From an uncultured Nitrospiraceae bacterium (lineage in GTDB: Bacteria > Nitrospirota > Nitrospiria > Nitrospirales > Nitrospiraceae), in contig CAWJWJ010000002.1 of NCBI GenBank assembly GCA_963846575.1, forward strand, positions 160,001-224,000: DNA of 64,000 nt, in the 5' to 3' direction. Below the pieces are notes generated by a model. That model saw only the letters and a list, made by a program, of their open reading frames with translations. It searched no databases and was not told the origin of the DNA. Each line of letters begins with the position of its first letter. Positions within the stretch are counted from its first letter, which is position 1. Positions 60,751 to 64,000 of the stretch are shown here, piece after piece. The position numbers and the translations under genes were made by a program.

Positions 60751-62529
60751 ATGAAACTCACCGGATCAGAAATTCTGATCGAATGCCTTAAACGCGAAGG
60801 TGTGAAGACGATTTTTGCCTTGCCCGGCGGAGTCGTGCTGAAGATCTTCGACATGCTTCATCAGCAAAAAGATATTGAAGTCGTTTTGACCCGACATGAG
60901 CAGGGTGCCGGTCACATGGCTGAAGGTTATGCCAAGGCGACCGGGAAGCCTGGAGTCTGCCTGGTGACATCAGGGCCGGGAATGACCAATGTCATCACCG
61001 CACTGGCTGATGCTTACATGGATTCCGTGCCGCTGGTCTGTTTCAGTGGACAGGTGTCGACGAGTTTGATCGGCAACGATGCATTTCAAGAAGCCGATAA
61101 TATCGGCCTGAGCCGGCCCTGCACCAAATACAATTTTCTCGTGAAAGACGTCAACGATCTCGCCACGACCATTAAGGAAGCCTTTTATATTGCCACCACG
61201 GGACGACCTGGACCGGTCTTGGTCGATATCCCTAAAGACGTTTCTATGGCCAAAGGCGACTTTACCTATCCCACCTCTGTCGCAATTCGCGGGTACAGTC
61301 CGACCTACGAAGGCAACAAGTGGCAAATTAAGCAAGCCGCCGAAGCGATCATGAAGGCCAAAAAGCCGATCCTGTATGTTGGCGGAGGCGTCATATTTTC
61401 AGGGGCTTCCAAAGAACTGCTGGAATTGGCAGAGATGACACAAATTCCCGTGGACATGACGTTGATGGGGCTGGGAGCGTTCCCCGGCGAACATTCCCAG
61501 TCGATGGGCATGATGGGAATGCACGGTACCTATTGCGCCAACATGGCGGTACACTATTCCGACTTGGTGATTGCGGTCGGAGCACGGTTTGATGACCGTG
61601 TGACGGGAAAAGTTTCGGAGTTCTGCCCCCACGCAAAGGTCATTCATATTGATATCGACCCGACCTCTATCCGGAAGAATATCAATGTTGATATTCCGAT
61701 TGTGGGCGATTGCAAAGCCGTCCTGAGGGAGTTGAATCAGATCCTGAAGGCGACCGTCAATGGAGAGCAGAGAGACCTTCGCAAGCCTTGGTGGGACCAA
61801 ATCCGTGAATGGCAACAGGCCCACCCCTTGTCCTATCAGCAGGAGGCAGACGGGCCGATCAAGCCGCAACATGTCATTCAGCGGCTTTATGACCTGACAA
61901 AGGATCGCGATCCGATCGTTTCCACGGATGTCGGCCAGCATCAGATGTGGACCGCGCAATATTTCAAGCTCGCCAAGCCGAATCGCTGGCTGACCTCTGG
62001 CGGCTTAGGCACGATGGGGTTCGGTTTCCCTGCTGCGATGGGGGCGCAAGCGGCGTTTAGAAACCGCCTTGTGCTCTGCGTGGCCGGTGACGGCAGCGTG
62101 CAAATGAATATGCAGGAAATGGCCACTGCTGTCGTATCCAAACTGCCGGTGAAAGTGATCATTTTGAATAACCGTTTCCACGGCATGGTTCGTCAATGGC
62201 AGGACTTGTTCTATGAAGGACGGTATGCCTCCAGTTATCTCGATACCACGCCTGATTTTGTGAAGCTTGCGGAGGCCTATGGTGCCGTAGGTCTCCGTGC
62301 GAACAAAGTGGCTGATCTCGATTCCGTATTGAAGGAGGCCATTGCCACAGATAAGCCAGTGGTCGTGGATGTGCCGACATATCCCTATGAAAATTGCTAC
62401 CCGATGATTCCCGCAGGTGGGTGCAACCACGAGATGATTCTCGAAGATCCGCCCGAATTGAAGAGAAGAATGGCTGGAGTTCCTGGTACCGGGTCAAACG
62501 AAGACAAAGATACGATTCTCACAGCCTAG
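60751..62529 (+). CDS. ilvB: Acetolactate synthase large subunit
   Basis: ATG after GGAGG; RHEQGA, TSGPG, FQEAD, GRPGPV.VD.PKD, DVGQHQMW, GDGS TPP motif. Confidence 0.97.
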   Translation: MKLTGSEILIECLKREGVKTIFALPGGVVLKIFDMLHQQKDIEVVLTRHEQGAGHMAEGYAKATGKPGVCLVTSGPGMTNVITALADAYMDSVPLVCFSGQVSTSLIGNDAFQEADNIGLSRPCTKYNFLVKDVNDLATTIKEAFYIATTGRPGPVLVDIPKDVSMAKGDFTYPTSVAIRGYSPTYEGNKWQIKQAAEAIMKAKKPILYVGGGVIFSGASKELLELAEMTQIPVDMTLMGLGAFPGEHSQSMGMMGMHGTYCANMAVHYSDLVIAVGARFDDRVTGKVSEFCPHAKVIHIDIDPTSIRKNINVDIPIVGDCKAVLRELNQILKATVNGEQRDLRKPWWDQIREWQQAHPLSYQQEADGPIKPQHVIQRLYDLTKDRDPIVSTDVGQHQMWTAQYFKLAKPNRWLTSGGLGTMGFGFPAAMGAQAAFRNRLVLCVAGDGSVQMNMQEMATAVVSKLPVKVIILNNRFHGMVRQWQDLFYEGRYASSYLDTTPDFVKLAEAYGAVGLRANKVADLDSVLKEAIATDKPVVVDVPTYPYENCYPMIPAGGCNHEMILEDPPELKRRMAGVPGTGSNEDKDTILTA

Positions 62530-62639
62530 GGAGAAAGAGCTCATGGCAGACAGCATGTAGGGGAGATAGAAGATCGAGGACCCAGATCTTTTCGCCACTC
62601 CCGGCAGGTGCTCTCGGCTATTCGCGCTTCGAATTTCAA

Positions 62640-63158
62640 ATGGAACACATCATTTCAGTCACCGTAGAGAATAAGTTCGGCGTTCTATCTCGTGTGGCCG
62701 GGCTATTCAGCGGCCGCGGTTTCAACATCGAAAGCCTTTCGGTTGCACCCACACTTGATCCGTCCATGTCGCAAATGACCATTGTGACGTCGGGAGACGA
62801 TCGGATCGTGGAACAAATCGTGAAACAGCTCAACAAGTTAATCGACGTCATCAAAGTGGTGGATCTGAATGAGAGCGAGTTCGTTTCCCGGGAAACGGCG
62901 CTGATCAAGGTTCACACCAAATCTGAGGATCGAGCGGAAGCATTGAGGATCGCGGATATTTTCCGAGCGAATGTTATCGACTCGACGCCCTCGACGTACA
63001 CGATCGAGGTGACGGGGGATCCGAAGAAGATTGAAGCCATCATCAATCTGCTGCAGCCGCTGGGGATCAAGGAACTGATACGGACCGGGCGCGTGGCGAT
63101 TGCGCGCGAACCGATCAGGCCGGCCGTCAGCCAACCGAAAAAAGTCGCCCGAGAATAG
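62640..63158 (+). CDS. ilvN: Acetolactate synthase small subunit
   Basis: MEHIISVTVENKFGVLSRVAGLFSGRGFNIESL ACT domain, QLNKLIDV. Confidence 0.95.
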   Translation: MEHIISVTVENKFGVLSRVAGLFSGRGFNIESLSVAPTLDPSMSQMTIVTSGDDRIVEQIVKQLNKLIDVIKVVDLNESEFVSRETALIKVHTKSEDRAEALRIADIFRANVIDSTPSTYTIEVTGDPKKIEAIINLLQPLGIKELIRTGRVAIAREPIRPAVSQPKKVARE

Positions 63159-63222
63159 CTCGCTCATCCCCTGTGCACAGCCGTCGTTTCCACCCATGTG
63201 CCTATAGAACATCCAGGAGTGA

Positions 63223-64000
<778 letters not shown>

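Overview
Chromosomal segment of a Nitrospira-like (Nitrospirota) bacterium. The assignment is inferred from the UBact-proteasome operon, a five-subunit 2-oxoacid:ferredoxin oxidoreductase of the reductive TCA type, and gene context. The left part (1-28.6 kb) holds a CYTH-CHAD protein, a BASS transporter, two divergent membrane glyco-enzymes, an OmpA-family protein, a CHASE2-sigma54 activator operon, an HtrA protease and a complete arc-dop-ubact-prcB-prcA-pafA operon. The middle part (29.2-35.7 kb) holds the most interesting locus: a PilZ-like/UndA-type diiron enzyme fusion, followed by a histidine kinase with two tandem 7TM sensor domains that is frameshifted at a G9 tract, then a convergent alpha/beta hydrolase and tRNA-Asn. 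The right part is housekeeping: the por/for operon, rho, rpmE-prfA-prmC-murA-his genes, dnaG-rpoD-tRNA-Ile2, rnhC, rnpB and ilvB-ilvN-ilvC. No CRISPR array, integrase or transposase was seen. Family calls come from motifs recognised by eye, not from database searches.
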